Positions 18,301-28,979 of a DNA stretch of 64,000 nt are shown one piece after another (position 1 is the stretch's first letter; every line of letters begins with the position of its first letter). Below the pieces are notes generated by a model that was given only the letters and a program-made list of their open reading frames with translations, was not told the DNA's origin and ran no database searches. The position numbers and the translations under genes are program-made. This DNA is from a virus, in IMG/VR virus record IMGVR_UViG_3300042547_000361, positions 4,327 to 68,326 of that record; one strand, written 5' to 3'.

Positions 18301-21300
18301 CCAACAGCACAGGCACAGCCGCTGCCCCTGTATTCAGAACAGCCGCACCAGCACCTCGCACTCTTTATTGGGTAGGCGGCACAGGCAACTGGTCATCCAC
18401 AACCAAGTGGTCTACTTCATCAGGGGGCGGCTCTGGTGCGGCTATCCCAACATCTTTAGACGCAGTCAATTTTGATTCGCTGTCTAACGCTACAGCCTAC
18501 ACAGCCACGATTGACGCTGGTGTAACGCTTGCCCGATGCGCATCATTCACAATGGCTGGTCCTGCATCTGGCAACGTGACCTTTGCAGGCTCAGTGGGCA
18601 TTGCCTTCCACGGCAACGTGAGTTTTGCTGCTACGGGCATTACCCGGACTTACAATGGCGCAATGCAATGGGCTGGAAACAGCAGCTACACGTTTACGAC
18701 CAACGGGGTGGCGCTAACAAGCTCAATAACTGTTGTTGGTGTTGGCTCTACATGGACACTTGGTAGCGCATTAAATAATGGAACATTTTCAATTAGTGTG
18801 GATAGCGCAAGTTTTAGCACATCCCCAAGCAATTACTCAGTTTCCGCTTCTGCTTTAGGTTCTGGTGGTTCAAGCGTAAGATCAATTGTATTAAACGCAA
18901 GTACATTAACTTTTACCTCATCACCAATTGATTTCAACGGAGCAAACTTAACTTTTAATTCTGGAACATCATCAATTATAGGCACGGGTGGATCATTTAG
19001 TTTTTTTGGTAACAATCAAACTTTTAATAACGTCAGCTTTACAAACGTTGCCGCAACATCTATCAGTGTTAATGGCGCAAACACATTCAACACACTGTCG
19101 TTTGCTGGCCGCACATCAGTTGGCATCAACGCAGTCACATTTAACGCCAATCAAACCATCAGCACCCTGACGCTCAACGCCGGAACAGCCGCTGCCTTCC
19201 GCACGTTCTTGGCGTCTGACACCATCGGCACAACCAGAACTTTAACCGTAACCACCCTGACCGCAGGTGCTGCTGACATTGACTTTCGTGACATCACCAT
19301 TGCTGGCGCTGCTGCTCCGATCTCAGGCACTCGGTTTGGTGATGCCAAGGGTAACAGCGGGATTACATTTGATGCGGCAAAGACGGTTTACTACCGACAG
19401 ACAGGTTCGGCAAACTGGGGCACAACAGGTACAGGCTCTTGGTCTGCTACGTCTGGCGGTGGTTTTGATGCAACTCAATTTCCGCTTGCCCAAGATACAG
19501 CCATTTTCCCCGCTGCAACGTATCCAGCATCCGGATCAACAACCACAATCAACGCCAACTACAACATTGGCACGATTGATATGTCGCTGCGTACCGGCAA
19601 CACAATGACGCTGGCAACGGGTACTACCACACCTCAAATCTACGGCAACTGGATCAATGGGACGGGGACAACGCTGACGGGTACGGGGGCAATGACCTTT
19701 GCTGGACGAGGAAGTCAGACGATTACGAGTGCAGGGAAGACGTTTACACAAGGGTTCACAATCAACACCCCCAGTGGCTCTGTAACATTGCAGGACGCGT
19801 TTGTAACGAGTGCAGCTTCTAATTTTGCTCACACACAAGGTACTTTTGATGCAAACGGGTTTAATTTCACACTCAGCAGTTCCGGTTCCGCTGCATATGG
19901 CGTTTCTGGTACAACTACGAGAACAATTGCTATTGGCTCTGGAACATGGTCTATTGCCACATCTGGAACTGCGTTCAATGCAGTGACAGCCACAAATTTA
20001 ACCGTCACCGGCACGGGCACAATCAGTTTAACCAGCGCATCGGCCAAGACATTTGCAGGCGGCGGCATATCCTACTCCGGCATCACCCTCAACCAAGGCG
20101 GTGCAGGTGCGCTGACCATCACAGGCAACAACACTTTTAAAGACATCACCAACACTTACAGTGCAACGGGTGCAACGTCAATCACCCTTGGCGCTACAAC
20201 CCAGACCCTGACAAACCCTTGGACAGCAACAGGCGCAGCAACACGGGTTCTCACGGTAAGTGGTACATCTGCCGCATCTCCGGGCACTTTGATCTTCTCT
20301 GGCTCAGGTACAGCCGCCAATGTGGACTACCTGACCGTCTCAAACGTCCGTGCTTACCCTTTGGTCGATGACTGGTATGCAGGGCCAAACTCTACCAACA
20401 GCGGGTCACTGGGCTGGTACTTTGTAGCCGCAGGCGGCACAGTCTATTCCGTCACCATTACCGAGACTGGCACAGGTACAGACAGCATCACAGCCAGGGT
20501 AACACTGCTTGGCACAATTTCAGAAACCGGCACGGGCACGGATTCAGTTTCGGCTGGCTTACAGTACCTTGGTGCCATCACCGAGACTGGCACGGGAACA
20601 GACTCTATATCGGGCACATTCCGGCCCAGCGCAACCATTACAGAGACAGCTACTGGATCGGATGTAGAGTCTGCCATCCTTGCAGCAATAGCTCGGATAA
20701 ACGAAACCGCTACCGGCTCTGATGCTGACAGTGCACAGTACACCACTAACCCCAGTGTTAGTGAATCGGCAACGGGAACGGACACGGACAGCGCCAAAAT
20801 GACGGCAAAGTCCACGATCAGTGAAAACGCTACCGTAACAGATGCAGCATCGGCATTGGCAACGCTTTTAGCTGCTGTCTCAGAGGCTGCAACAGCAACC
20901 GATCTTATCTCTGCAATTCAGGGGTTGTTTGCTGCGATTCTTGAATCTGCCACTGGCACAGACAGCGTTGACGCACCTGGGAGTACCTACAACCCATCAT
21001 TGAGTGAGCTTGCTACAGGAACAGACAGCGTATCGGCTTTGGTTGTCTTGGTATCTCAAGTTGCCGAGTCTGCCACTATCAATGACGTAACGGCTGCGTT
21101 TAAAGCGTATTTGGCGGAAATCATCGAAGCCGCTTCCGGTGCCGATACTGTTTTTTCGCAGTTTGTTGCCCGTTCTGTCATCAGTGAAGCTGCCACTGGC
21201 ACAGACACAGACTCTGCAAAATTTACCGCGCAGGCATCCATTGCTGAGACAGCCACTGGAACTGATACGGAGTCTCCCCGGTATATTGCAAACCCTGTGA

Positions 21301-22205
21301 TAGCCGAGACTGCCACTGGCACAGACACAGACTCTGCCAAATACACCGCCCGGTCAAACATAGCCGAGACTACCACAGGCACGGACACCCTCAATACAAA
21401 CGCTACGCTCAACTCCAGTGTTGACGAAACCGCAATTGCTCAAGAGATTGTGCGTGGTTTTATGGTGGCGGCTGTACAGATTTCAGAGTCTGCCACTGGA
21501 ACGGATCAAATCAGTGCCCTTCGCGCTCTTGCGGCTGCGGTTGTAGAAACGGCAACAGTAACTGATTCCCTGTCTGCCCAAGCTATCTTCAGGGGTATCC
21601 TGCAAGAAATTGCCACCCTGACTGATTCTGTTAATGCTCCGGGGTCAACGTACAGCGCTCCGATCATAGAGCTAGCTACGCTACAGGATGTGGTGCGGGC
21701 AGCAGCTACCTTCCCAGCATCTTTGACAGAGACGGCCACAGGCACCCAGACCAACAGCGCAGCATTTATTCCCTCTGCCCAAGTCTTTGAGACTGCCACA
21801 ATCACTGATGTAAACAGCGCCTTGGTTGCTTTTGCTGCGCGGGTAGCAGAAAACGCAGTCATCACAGATCAAGTATCTCCTCCGGGAAGTATCTACAACC
21901 CAGTGGTTCTGGCTGTTGCCCAACTTGTGGACAATGTCAGCCCAGCGGGGAGCATCTACAACGCCCCCGTCTTAGAGTCAGCAGCAATCACAGATGCCCT
22001 GATAGGGGCGTTCCTGTGGAACTTGATCGACGATAGCCAGAACCCGAACTGGGCCAATATAACCGACAGCCAGACACCGGGTTGGGTAGAAGTCGGTACA
22101 TCCCAAGGCACGGGCTGGGTAACGATCCCAACGCCGCAGAATCCCGGTTGGTCAAACATAGATGACAGCCAGCCCCCGAACTGGCAAAATATCACTAACG
22201 TGTAA
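15312..22205 (+). CDS. giant repetitive tail spike/adhesin-like protein (2297 aa)
   Basis: Five ~340-aa Thr/Gly/Ser/Asn-rich modules, ~20-aa ETATGTDS repeats and 11-aa Trp repeats. Confidence 0.75.
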   Translation: MDRYWVGGTGTWNTSSTTNWSATSGGGSGASVPTVADSVFFDQAGTYTVTMTGALACLDITVSAGTVTFATGTTPTLNVRGSMSLLAGTVWSSTGTITFSSTTTGRTVTTNGVTISGVIDFNGVGGGWTLGSALSTSALANIGVTVTAGTFDTGNYNLTARFFSSSNSNTRTVNLGSSTITLNNDTATSISFLTSTGLTFNAGTSSFVITTPGTVNGGGQTFYNISFTSTSSANVRAITGANTFNNLAITGPSSAGVVNVTFAAQQTINGTLSTTGTAGNRRVFFASATYGISQDLVVNSTPSLTDADFRGLYVRGTAAPISGTRIGNRGECRGITFDAPKIVYANLVLSSFYENIWATSSGGTPSLVNFPLPQDTAIINNASGNSGFSIGFNINYIPTLDMSLRTTALSFSFGNTTTAYGNFVAGSGVTFSGSNSVTFSGGTTQTITSAGKTFSCPITVDTYGGTVQLADALNIGSSSLTVTNGTFTTAGYAVTAGTLSSSNSNVRTINLGASVLTLTLSGGSPVNFTTSTNLTLNTGTSQVTLTSSSAFNFHGGGLIFYNVALTGTSSVTHNFTGANTFNNLTYTAPASVGLTGCNFSANQTINGTLTCAGASAVRRIFLRSETIGTPRTLTVNAISATDCDFRDIILAGTASGASPTRAGNCGGNTGITFPAAKTVYWNLAGAQNWSATAWAPGSGGLPDINNFPLAQDTAVFDEAAGSVTGTITINAAWNIGTFDASLRTSAMTLSTSTNAPVVYGDWKFGTGVTSSSTTGTINFVKNGTQTITSNGVQFGCPVTINHPLANVQLADALSFAATRTLTLNAGTFDAVTYNVTTSQFANNSSSNTVRMGSGTWTLFGSGTVWNMNGSPTLIVGTSTIVLSDTSTSSRTFVGGSLYYNKLTIGGATGTSTLTINNNNTFGELAATKTVAHTIDFGTTIQTFGKWSVTGTAGNVVTITGTSTTNVIAGPAVTGVDYLAMGTWGISTTSPGEFYAGANSTGTAAAPVFRTAAPAPRTLYWVGGTGNWSSTTKWSTSSGGGSGAAIPTSLDAVNFDSLSNATAYTATIDAGVTLARCASFTMAGPASGNVTFAGSVGIAFHGNVSFAATGITRTYNGAMQWAGNSSYTFTTNGVALTSSITVVGVGSTWTLGSALNNGTFSISVDSASFSTSPSNYSVSASALGSGGSSVRSIVLNASTLTFTSSPIDFNGANLTFNSGTSSIIGTGGSFSFFGNNQTFNNVSFTNVAATSISVNGANTFNTLSFAGRTSVGINAVTFNANQTISTLTLNAGTAAAFRTFLASDTIGTTRTLTVTTLTAGAADIDFRDITIAGAAAPISGTRFGDAKGNSGITFDAAKTVYYRQTGSANWGTTGTGSWSATSGGGFDATQFPLAQDTAIFPAATYPASGSTTTINANYNIGTIDMSLRTGNTMTLATGTTTPQIYGNWINGTGTTLTGTGAMTFAGRGSQTITSAGKTFTQGFTINTPSGSVTLQDAFVTSAASNFAHTQGTFDANGFNFTLSSSGSAAYGVSGTTTRTIAIGSGTWSIATSGTAFNAVTATNLTVTGTGTISLTSASAKTFAGGGISYSGITLNQGGAGALTITGNNTFKDITNTYSATGATSITLGATTQTLTNPWTATGAATRVLTVSGTSAASPGTLIFSGSGTAANVDYLTVSNVRAYPLVDDWYAGPNSTNSGSLGWYFVAAGGTVYSVTITETGTGTDSITARVTLLGTISETGTGTDSVSAGLQYLGAITETGTGTDSISGTFRPSATITETATGSDVESAILAAIARINETATGSDADSAQYTTNPSVSESATGTDTDSAKMTAKSTISENATVTDAASALATLLAAVSEAATATDLISAIQGLFAAILESATGTDSVDAPGSTYNPSLSELATGTDSVSALVVLVSQVAESATINDVTAAFKAYLAEIIEAASGADTVFSQFVARSVISEAATGTDTDSAKFTAQASIAETATGTDTESPRYIANPVIAETATGTDTDSAKYTARSNIAETTTGTDTLNTNATLNSSVDETAIAQEIVRGFMVAAVQISESATGTDQISALRALAAAVVETATVTDSLSAQAIFRGILQEIATLTDSVNAPGSTYSAPIIELATLQDVVRAAATFPASLTETATGTQTNSAAFIPSAQVFETATITDVNSALVAFAARVAENAVITDQVSPPGSIYNPVVLAVAQLVDNVSPAGSIYNAPVLESAAITDALIGAFLWNLIDDSQNPNWANITDSQTPGWVEVGTSQGTGWVTIPTPQNPGWSNIDDSQPPNWQNITNV
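20455..22195 (+). repeat. coding tandem repeats (~60-nt period, then 33-nt period)
   Basis: ETxTGTD unit about every 20 aa; identical TGCCACTGGCACAGACACAGACTCTGC at 21191 and 21311; W-x-x-I-x-D-S-Q-x-P-x at the end. Confidence 0.85.
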
Positions 22206-22214
22206 GGAGCCCCC

Positions 22215-24587
22215 ATGTCTACCTACTCCCCCGACCTGCGTATTGAGCTGATCACCACGGGTGATCAAGCCGGTACCTGGGGCACCACCACCAACACCAA
22301 CCTCGGCACCCTCATTGAAGGTGCGATTGCAGGGTACGACACGGTCAGTGTGACTTCGGCCAATCAGGCGTTCACCGCTCTCAACGGTGCGGCAGATCAA
22401 GCTCGGCTGGCGATGATCCAGTTGACCACTACAACAGCAGCCAACTTCGCCGTCTACGCTCCACCGAACTCCAAGCAGTACATCATCTGGAACAACAGCG
22501 CGTACACCGCCACGATCTACAACTCCACGGTCATCGGCAACACTACGGCTGCGGGTACTGGGGTTGCTATTGCCAGCGGGGACCGTGTTGTGGTGTTCTC
22601 CAACGGCACCAACTTCTACGATGTCAAGGCCAACAGCATTACTGGGACGCTGGCAATTGCCAACGGCGGTACCGGCCAGACCACAGCCAACGCAGCGTTC
22701 AACGCACTGGCTCCCAGCCAGACGGGTAACAGCGGTAAGTACCTGACCACCAACGGCACCGACACAAGCTGGGACGCTATCGACATCAGCACTGCGGACA
22801 TCACGGGTGTCTTGCCTGCGGCCAACGGCGGTACTGGGGTCAACAACTCTACCCGAACCATCACGCTTGGCGGCAACTTGACCACCTCGGGCGCGTTCAA
22901 TACCACACTGACCGCCACCAACACCACCTCTATTACGCTGCCCACCACGGGCACTCTGGCTACTCTGGCAGGTGCTGAGACGCTGACCAACAAAACAATC
23001 AGCGGATCAAACAACACACTGTCGAACATCGCCAACGCAAGCTTGACAAACAGTGCGGTCACCATCAACGGCAACAGCGTCTCGTTGGGCGGCTCCACGA
23101 CAGTAACGGCTACTGCATCCAACGCTTTGACCATCAGCACGGGCTTGTCAGGCACTAGCTACAACGGCTCGTCGGCAGTGACTATCGCTATCGACTCCAC
23201 AGTCGCCACCCTTACTGGCACTCAGACACTGACCAACAAAACGCTGACCAGCCCGATACTGACGACCCCTGCTCTTGGCACTCCGTCCTCTGGCACCCTG
23301 ACTAACTGTACTGGCCTGCCCAATGGTGGGCTGGTAAATAGCGCAATCACCATCAACGGCAACAGTGTATCTTTGGGTGGCTCTACAACGGTGACGGCTA
23401 CGGCGTCCAACGCGCTGACCATTGGCACTGGGCTTTCGGGTGGTAGCTACAACGGTAGTTCTGCGGTAACGGTTGCGATTGACTCCACAGTTGTTACGCT
23501 GACCGACACTCAAACGCTGACCAACAAGACGCTGACAAGCCCGACAATGACTGCCCCTGTTCTGGGCACACCTGCTTCTGGCACGTTGACCAACTGCACT
23601 TTCCCCACACTGAACCAGAACACCAGCGGCACTGCTGCGGGGCTGTCTGTCACGTTGGTTGTCGGCTCTGGCGGTACTGGGGCTACATCCTTTACCTCGG
23701 GCGCACTGCTCAAAGGCAATGGGGCGTCGGCAATTCAAGTTGCAAGTGCAGCGGACATTGTGAGTCAGATTGGGTCTACTGCTGTCACAAACGCCACAAA
23801 CGCCACAAACGCCACGAACGCTACCAACGCGACCACTGCCACAAACGCTACCAATGCAACGACAGCGGCAACGGTTTCTACAACAATCTCTTCGGGCGCT
23901 GTAGCAACAACCCAAGCCGCTGGAGATAACAGCACCAAAGTTGCCACCACGGCGTATGTACAAACGGCTGCACCCGGTGCCAGAGGTCAAGCGTTTACAT
24001 CAAATGGCACATTCACAATCCCAACAGGTGTTACTGCGCTAAAGATTACCGTGGTTGGCGGTGGTGGCGGTGGTGGTGGCGGTTTTTATTCTGTTGACGG
24101 AAATGCGGGAGCCGGTGGCGGCGGTGGAAGTACGGCTATTTCTTTTTTAACTGGTTTAACCTCTGGAAACACTTTGGCTGTGACTATTGGCGGGGCCGGT
24201 TCTGGAGGGGCTTCAGGTGGCGGCGCTGGTGGGGCCGGTGGTAATTCAACTGTTGCGTCTGGCACTCAAACAATTACAACTATTACAGGCGGCGGCGGTG
24301 CTGGCGCAGCTGGAGCAGGAGCTTCTGGCGGTGCTGGTGGAACTGCTACTAATGGCACAATTAATTTAAGTGGTGGCGGTGGTGGTTCTGGCATGACGTT
24401 GGCGGGATCAACTTTGTTTTATTCTGGCATGGGTGGATCCTCAAGTTATGGCGGCGGGGCCGCTGGTGTTGTTAATAATAATGGCAGTGCTGGCGGTGTA
24501 TATGGTGGCGGTGGTAGTGGTGGAAGTGGTGATACAAGCCGATCAGGCGGCGCAGGTGCGGCTGGTGTTGTTATATTTGAATGGTGA
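22215..24587 (+). CDS. tail fibre protein with glycine-rich C-terminal domain
   Basis: [13 protein letters not shown]-terminus, [12 protein letters not shown] and NGGTG repeats, [11 protein letters not shown], Gly-rich tip ending GVVIFEW. Confidence 0.8.
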   Translation: MSTYSPDLRIELITTGDQAGTWGTTTNTNLGTLIEGAIAGYDTVSVTSANQAFTALNGAADQARLAMIQLTTTTAANFAVYAPPNSKQYIIWNNSAYTATIYNSTVIGNTTAAGTGVAIASGDRVVVFSNGTNFYDVKANSITGTLAIANGGTGQTTANAAFNALAPSQTGNSGKYLTTNGTDTSWDAIDISTADITGVLPAANGGTGVNNSTRTITLGGNLTTSGAFNTTLTATNTTSITLPTTGTLATLAGAETLTNKTISGSNNTLSNIANASLTNSAVTINGNSVSLGGSTTVTATASNALTISTGLSGTSYNGSSAVTIAIDSTVATLTGTQTLTNKTLTSPILTTPALGTPSSGTLTNCTGLPNGGLVNSAITINGNSVSLGGSTTVTATASNALTIGTGLSGGSYNGSSAVTVAIDSTVVTLTDTQTLTNKTLTSPTMTAPVLGTPASGTLTNCTFPTLNQNTSGTAAGLSVTLVVGSGGTGATSFTSGALLKGNGASAIQVASAADIVSQIGSTAVTNATNATNATNATNATTATNATNATTAATVSTTISSGAVATTQAAGDNSTKVATTAYVQTAAPGARGQAFTSNGTFTIPTGVTALKITVVGGGGGGGGGFYSVDGNAGAGGGGGSTAISFLTGLTSGNTLAVTIGGAGSGGASGGGAGGAGGNSTVASGTQTITTITGGGGAGAAGAGASGGAGGTATNGTINLSGGGGGSGMTLAGSTLFYSGMGGSSSYGGGAAGVVNNNGSAGGVYGGGGSGGSGDTSRSGGAGAAGVVIFEW
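23785..23865 (+). repeat. (ATN)n 9-nt coding tandem repeat
   Basis: ACAAACGCC-type units. Confidence 0.85.
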
Positions 24588-24862
24588 TTAACATGACTGT
24601 ACAAAACTATTTGATGGTCAATGAATCTACAAATGTGGTGGACAACATTTGTTTATGGGATGGCAATACAACTACATGGCAACCCCCGGCGGGGTATTTA
24701 GTGCTTGTGCAAGCCGCCACAATGTCTTTAGTTTGGGTTTGGGATGCCGCAATTACTGACTGGGTTTTGGCCCAGGAAATGGGGCTGGCGCAAATTGGTT
24801 TTACATGGAATGGCACGGAGTGCATAACCAATGCCCCAAAGCCACCTGCTCCTAAGGAGTAA
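24581..24862 (+). CDS. putative tail fibre assembly/accessory protein
   Basis: Follows the fibre gene; [10 protein letters not shown]...W.PP...IGFTWNG pattern. Confidence 0.6.
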   Translation: MVINMTVQNYLMVNESTNVVDNICLWDGNTTTWQPPAGYLVLVQAATMSLVWVWDAAITDWVLAQEMGLAQIGFTWNGTECITNAPKPPAPKE

Positions 24863-24868
24863 TAAAAA

Positions 24869-25351
24869 GTGATCGACCCCATCACCGCTCTTGCAGCCGT
24901 ATCTTCGGCGGTTAACCTTGTCAAGAAAGCTGTAGCCACCGTTCAGGATGTGCAGAGTCTTGGGCCGGTGCTGGGTAAATACTTTGATGCCAAGGCTCAG
25001 GCCATCGAGGTGGTTGAGAAGTCAAAGTCGGGCGGGTTTGCTGGGTCGGCTATGGGCAAAGCGCTTGAGCTTGAGATGGCGCTTGAGCAGGCTCGTGAGT
25101 TTGAAGAGCAGGTCAAGATGTTGTTCTTCCAGAGCAACAAGATGGATGTGTGGCAGCGGATTGTCAACCGTGCCCAGCATATGGAAGTTGAAGCGGCTCA
25201 TGCTGCCAGACGCAAGAAAGAAGCAGATAAGAAACGCGCAGAGGAAATGGAAGAGATAATCACCTTGGTTGTTGGCGGCGTCGTTGCTATTGCCTCTGCT
25301 GGTGTGATTGCCTGGGTCGTGATACAGATCGTTACTGGGCAAGTGCGATGA
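24869..25351 (+). CDS. membrane-anchored coiled-coil protein (lysis region)
   Basis: MIDPITALA start, C-terminal TM helix. Confidence 0.7.
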   Translation: MIDPITALAAVSSAVNLVKKAVATVQDVQSLGPVLGKYFDAKAQAIEVVEKSKSGGFAGSAMGKALELEMALEQAREFEEQVKMLFFQSNKMDVWQRIVNRAQHMEVEAAHAARRKKEADKKRAEEMEEIITLVVGGVVAIASAGVIAWVVIQIVTGQVR

Positions 25352-25962
25352 CCGAGAAGCTCAACGCCAACACCACCCTTGACAAAGTTCTTGGGTATGT
25401 GGATTCGCCGTTTAAACTCTTTGCGGTAATCTTGATGGCGGTGATTGCTTTTGCTGGCTATGCCTTGTACGAGAGCCAGGACTTCATCCGTGACGCATAC
25501 AAGGAGTCACAGAAGCTGCCGGAGATACGAACAGAGCGTGCCGATGATGCGGCGACCATGTTGTTCAAGCAGACCGGCGCAACGGTAGTGGCGATCTTCA
25601 AAGTCAACCCGCTGTTCAACTCCCGGACGCTCTACAGAGCCTACACCAAGGAGGGGCGAGACAAGACGATTGAGGACATCGACGTCGGCCTGTTCACGCA
25701 CAACTCGTCGAATAACGCGGATGTGGTCAAGCTGATGACCAACGAGATTCCGTGCGGCGAGTATCGCTACGCTCAATCAGAGGTCGGGCTTTGGTATCTT
25801 GAGAAGGGCGTGACGTACACTTGTCGCGTCAGCGTCCCGCCAGACTCGCACCGTTTTGTAGGGCAGGTTACGGTTGGCTGGGCAGCTCAGCCTGCGAATA
25901 TAGAGCAGACCAAGTTCATGCTGGAGATTGCCAGCGCAATGTTAACTAAAAGGGGTGGGTAA
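25348..25962 (+). CDS. single-pass membrane protein with putative GAF-like domain
   Basis: N-terminal TM helix followed by an alpha/beta domain; in the lysis cassette. Confidence 0.6.
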   Translation: MTEKLNANTTLDKVLGYVDSPFKLFAVILMAVIAFAGYALYESQDFIRDAYKESQKLPEIRTERADDAATMLFKQTGATVVAIFKVNPLFNSRTLYRAYTKEGRDKTIEDIDVGLFTHNSSNNADVVKLMTNEIPCGEYRYAQSEVGLWYLEKGVTYTCRVSVPPDSHRFVGQVTVGWAAQPANIEQTKFMLEIASAMLTKRGG

Positions 25963-26465
25963 TGCTTTCACTAATTTCGACTCTCGGTGGCCTGCTGATC
26001 AGCGGCCTGCCCAAACTGCTTGAGTTCTTCCAAAACAAAGCAGACCAAAAGCACGAGCTTGCACTGGCCCGCCTGCAAAACGAGCGCGAACTTGCTCTGG
26101 CTGCTCAGGGCTACGCCGCCCAGCAGAAGATCGAGGAAATCCGCACCGATCAGGTTGCGATGCAGACCGAGGCGCAGATGACCGAGGCGGCACTCAAGCA
26201 CGACGAGAAGGTGCTGGATAAGGCCAGCCAATGGGTCGCCAACTACGTCGGCACCGTGCGCCCGACAGTGACCTATATTTTCGTCATTGAGTTGGTAGTG
26301 ATCAATGGCTTCATGGCCGCATACCTGTGGAACCACCCAGAACTGATCAAAAGCATTGACGATGTGGTCAAGTACTCTGGCCTGATCTTCTCCAGTGACG
26401 AGATGGCAATGCTGGGCGGTATCATTGGTTTCTGGTTCGGTTCTCGTCAGTGGAGCAAGAAGTGA
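25962..26465 (+). CDS. putative holin
   Basis: VRPTVTY...TM...IIGFWFGSRQW pattern; directly before the endolysin. Confidence 0.7.
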   Translation: MLSLISTLGGLLISGLPKLLEFFQNKADQKHELALARLQNERELALAAQGYAAQQKIEEIRTDQVAMQTEAQMTEAALKHDEKVLDKASQWVANYVGTVRPTVTYIFVIELVVINGFMAAYLWNHPELIKSIDDVVKYSGLIFSSDEMAMLGGIIGFWFGSRQWSKK

Positions 26466-26965
26466 AACTAAGCAAGGCCGCCGCTGCGATGATGCACAAG
26501 TACGAGGGGTACAGAAACCGCCCGTATTTGTGCCCAGCGCACATGTGGACTATAGGATACGGCCATGTGCTGTACCAAGACCAGATTCGCCTGCCGATGG
26601 CACGAGTGGACAAGCCTGTGCTGATGATCCGAAAAGAAATGCCGTTACGACCGGAGGACAATCGTGTCTGGGCCAAGCAAGAAACTGATGATCTATTCGA
26701 CGCTGACATCGCATCTTTTGAACGCGGTGTTCTTCGTCTTGTTCCCGGCGTTGTTGGGCATCAAGGCCGCTTTGACGCTCTGGTCTCTTTTGCATACAAC
26801 GTAGGGCTGGGCAATCTCCAGCGCAGCACGGTGCGGATCAAGGCAAACCGTGGAGAGTGGGAAGGGGCGGCAGACGCCTTATTGCTTTGGAACAAGGCCG
26901 GGGGTAAAGTGTTTGTAGGGCTGGACAGGCGTCGGAAAGACGAACGCGCTTTATTTCTGTCGTAG
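26462..26965 (+). CDS. endolysin, GH24 lysozyme
   Basis: EG...Y-x-C...TIGYGH, FDALVSFAYNVG, GL.RRR.E; GTG start overlapping the holin stop. Confidence 0.9.
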   Translation: MKLSKAAAAMMHKYEGYRNRPYLCPAHMWTIGYGHVLYQDQIRLPMARVDKPVLMIRKEMPLRPEDNRVWAKQETDDLFDADIASFERGVLRLVPGVVGHQGRFDALVSFAYNVGLGNLQRSTVRIKANRGEWEGAADALLLWNKAGGKVFVGLDRRRKDERALFLS

Positions 26966-26972
26966 GATTACT

Positions 26973-28976
26973 ATGCCGCTTCAAAAACTTGAGTTCAGGC
27001 CGGGCGTCAACCGTGAATCGACCACGCTGGCCAATGAAGGCGGCTGGTTTGAATCCGACAAGGTGCGCTTTCGTTCGGGCTTTCCCGAGAAAATCGGCGG
27101 CTGGACCAAGGATACAGGCTCGCAATTTAACACGGGGACAAGCCTTCAGCCCACTACTGGCTCTTTCTGGGGTGTCTGCCGTTCGTTGTGGAACTGGCTT
27201 AACTTGGCGGGCTACAACCTGCTGGGTGTTGGCACCAACCTGAAGTACTATATTCAGAGCACGGGGGGTGGTAACTTTTACGACATCACCCCGATCCGCA
27301 GCACAGACACAGTAGGTTCTAACGCTTTTACCACTAACGGCACCACGACCGTACAGGTCAACGACAACGCGCATGGTGCGCAGGCTGGGGATTTTGTCAC
27401 CATCTCTGGTGTGGCGGGGCCTATCAACGGCATCCCGGCGGCTGATCTGAACCGAGAGTTTCAGATTGTCAGCATCGTCAGCAACAACGCCTACACCATC
27501 GTCGTTAGTACCGCCGCAACATCTTCCGGCACCACTGGTGCAGCCACGTTCACATATCAGCTTGGCACAGGCTCGGATATCTACACGGTCGGCGTGGGCT
27601 GGGGTGCTGGCGGTTGGGGCGGCGCTACCACGGGGTACGCAAGTACAGGTTGGGGCTCGCCTTCTGCGTCGGGTCTTGGTGTTGGCATCCAGCTTCGTAT
27701 ATGGACCGAGCACAATTTTGGCGAAAACCTGATCATCAACCCCCGTGGCGGTTCAATGTTTTTTTGGGCGGTTAACCCCAACCCCACCCTTTTTGATCGG
27801 GCGCAATACCTTGGCCCCTCTGCGGTCATCACGCAAAAGAACTACGTTACAGGCTCGGGCACCACAACGGTGACGGTGGATGCGACATGCCCAACAATAG
27901 TCAATCAGGTGCTGGTCTCCGACTCGTCGCGGTTTGTCATTGCGTTTGGCTGTAACGACCCAACCGGCGTGTACGCCACGATTGCTCAAGACCCCATGCA
28001 AGTTCGCTGGTCAGATCAAGAGTCGTACAGCATATGGACCCCGGCCATCACCAACCAAGCGGGCGGTTACCGGCTTAGCTCCGGTTCACAAATTGTCACC
28101 GCGCTGCAAACCCGGCAAGAGATTCTTGTGTGGACCGACGCGGCTATCTACTCCATGCAGTTTCTGGGCGCTCCGTACGTCTGGGGCTTTCAGATCATGG
28201 GCGACAACTTGTCCATCATCAGCCCCAACTCTCCGGTCACGGTCAACAACATTACGTACTGGATGGGCACGGACAAGTTCTACATGTATTCAGGCCGTGT
28301 AGAGACGCTGCCCTGCGCTTTGCGCCAGTACGTGTTTGATGACATCAACCTTGAGCAAGGCTACCAAGTCTTTGGCGGTACCAACGAGGGCTACAACGAA
28401 ATCTGGTGGTACTACTGCTCAGCCAACAGCACGACGGTGGACAAGTACGTCATTTACAACCACCTTGAGCGCACCTGGGCGTACGGCTCACTTGCACGCA
28501 CGGCTTGGCTGGACAGCCCGCTCCGAGTCTCGCCTATGGCTACCGGCTACGGGGGCAACCTTGTGTATCACGAGCAAGGTAACGACGATGGCACAACCAA
28601 CCCGCCAAGCCCGATCTACTCGTACGTGCGGTCCTCCGACTTTGACATCGGTGACGGCCACAACTTTGGTCTGGTCTGGCGCATCATCCCCGACGTTACG
28701 TTTGATGGCTCCACGGTCAATGCTCCTGCGGTGAACTTTACCGTCCTGCCCCGCCAAAACCCTGGTGCCAACTACGGTACTTCAGATAACCCTTCTGTGG
28801 CCAGCACGCAAAACTACGCTACGCAACGCACGTACGCGGTACAGCAGTTTGACCAATATGCATATGTGCGGATTCGCGGTCGTCAGATGGCGTTTCAGAT
28901 CAGCTCCAGTAACCTTGGGGTGGCCTGGCAGTTGGGCGCTCCCAGGCTCGATGTACGTCCTGACGGAAGGCGTTGA
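26973..28976 (+). CDS. putative tail nozzle/stabilisation protein
   Basis: 667 aa beta-propeller-like (VRWSDQE, EIWWYY), just before the ejection genes. Confidence 0.65.
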   Translation: MPLQKLEFRPGVNRESTTLANEGGWFESDKVRFRSGFPEKIGGWTKDTGSQFNTGTSLQPTTGSFWGVCRSLWNWLNLAGYNLLGVGTNLKYYIQSTGGGNFYDITPIRSTDTVGSNAFTTNGTTTVQVNDNAHGAQAGDFVTISGVAGPINGIPAADLNREFQIVSIVSNNAYTIVVSTAATSSGTTGAATFTYQLGTGSDIYTVGVGWGAGGWGGATTGYASTGWGSPSASGLGVGIQLRIWTEHNFGENLIINPRGGSMFFWAVNPNPTLFDRAQYLGPSAVITQKNYVTGSGTTTVTVDATCPTIVNQVLVSDSSRFVIAFGCNDPTGVYATIAQDPMQVRWSDQESYSIWTPAITNQAGGYRLSSGSQIVTALQTRQEILVWTDAAIYSMQFLGAPYVWGFQIMGDNLSIISPNSPVTVNNITYWMGTDKFYMYSGRVETLPCALRQYVFDDINLEQGYQVFGGTNEGYNEIWWYYCSANSTTVDKYVIYNHLERTWAYGSLARTAWLDSPLRVSPMATGYGGNLVYHEQGNDDGTTNPPSPIYSYVRSSDFDIGDGHNFGLVWRIIPDVTFDGSTVNAPAVNFTVLPRQNPGANYGTSDNPSVASTQNYATQRTYAVQQFDQYAYVRIRGRQMAFQISSSNLGVAWQLGAPRLDVRPDGRR

Positions 28977-28979
28977 CTT

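Noticed and set aside
15312-24587. Diversity-generating retroelement acting on tail genes
   Set aside because: No reverse transcriptase and no template/variable repeat pair differing only at adenines; repeats such as the 288-nt-spaced one at 23061/23349 are ordinary in-frame duplications
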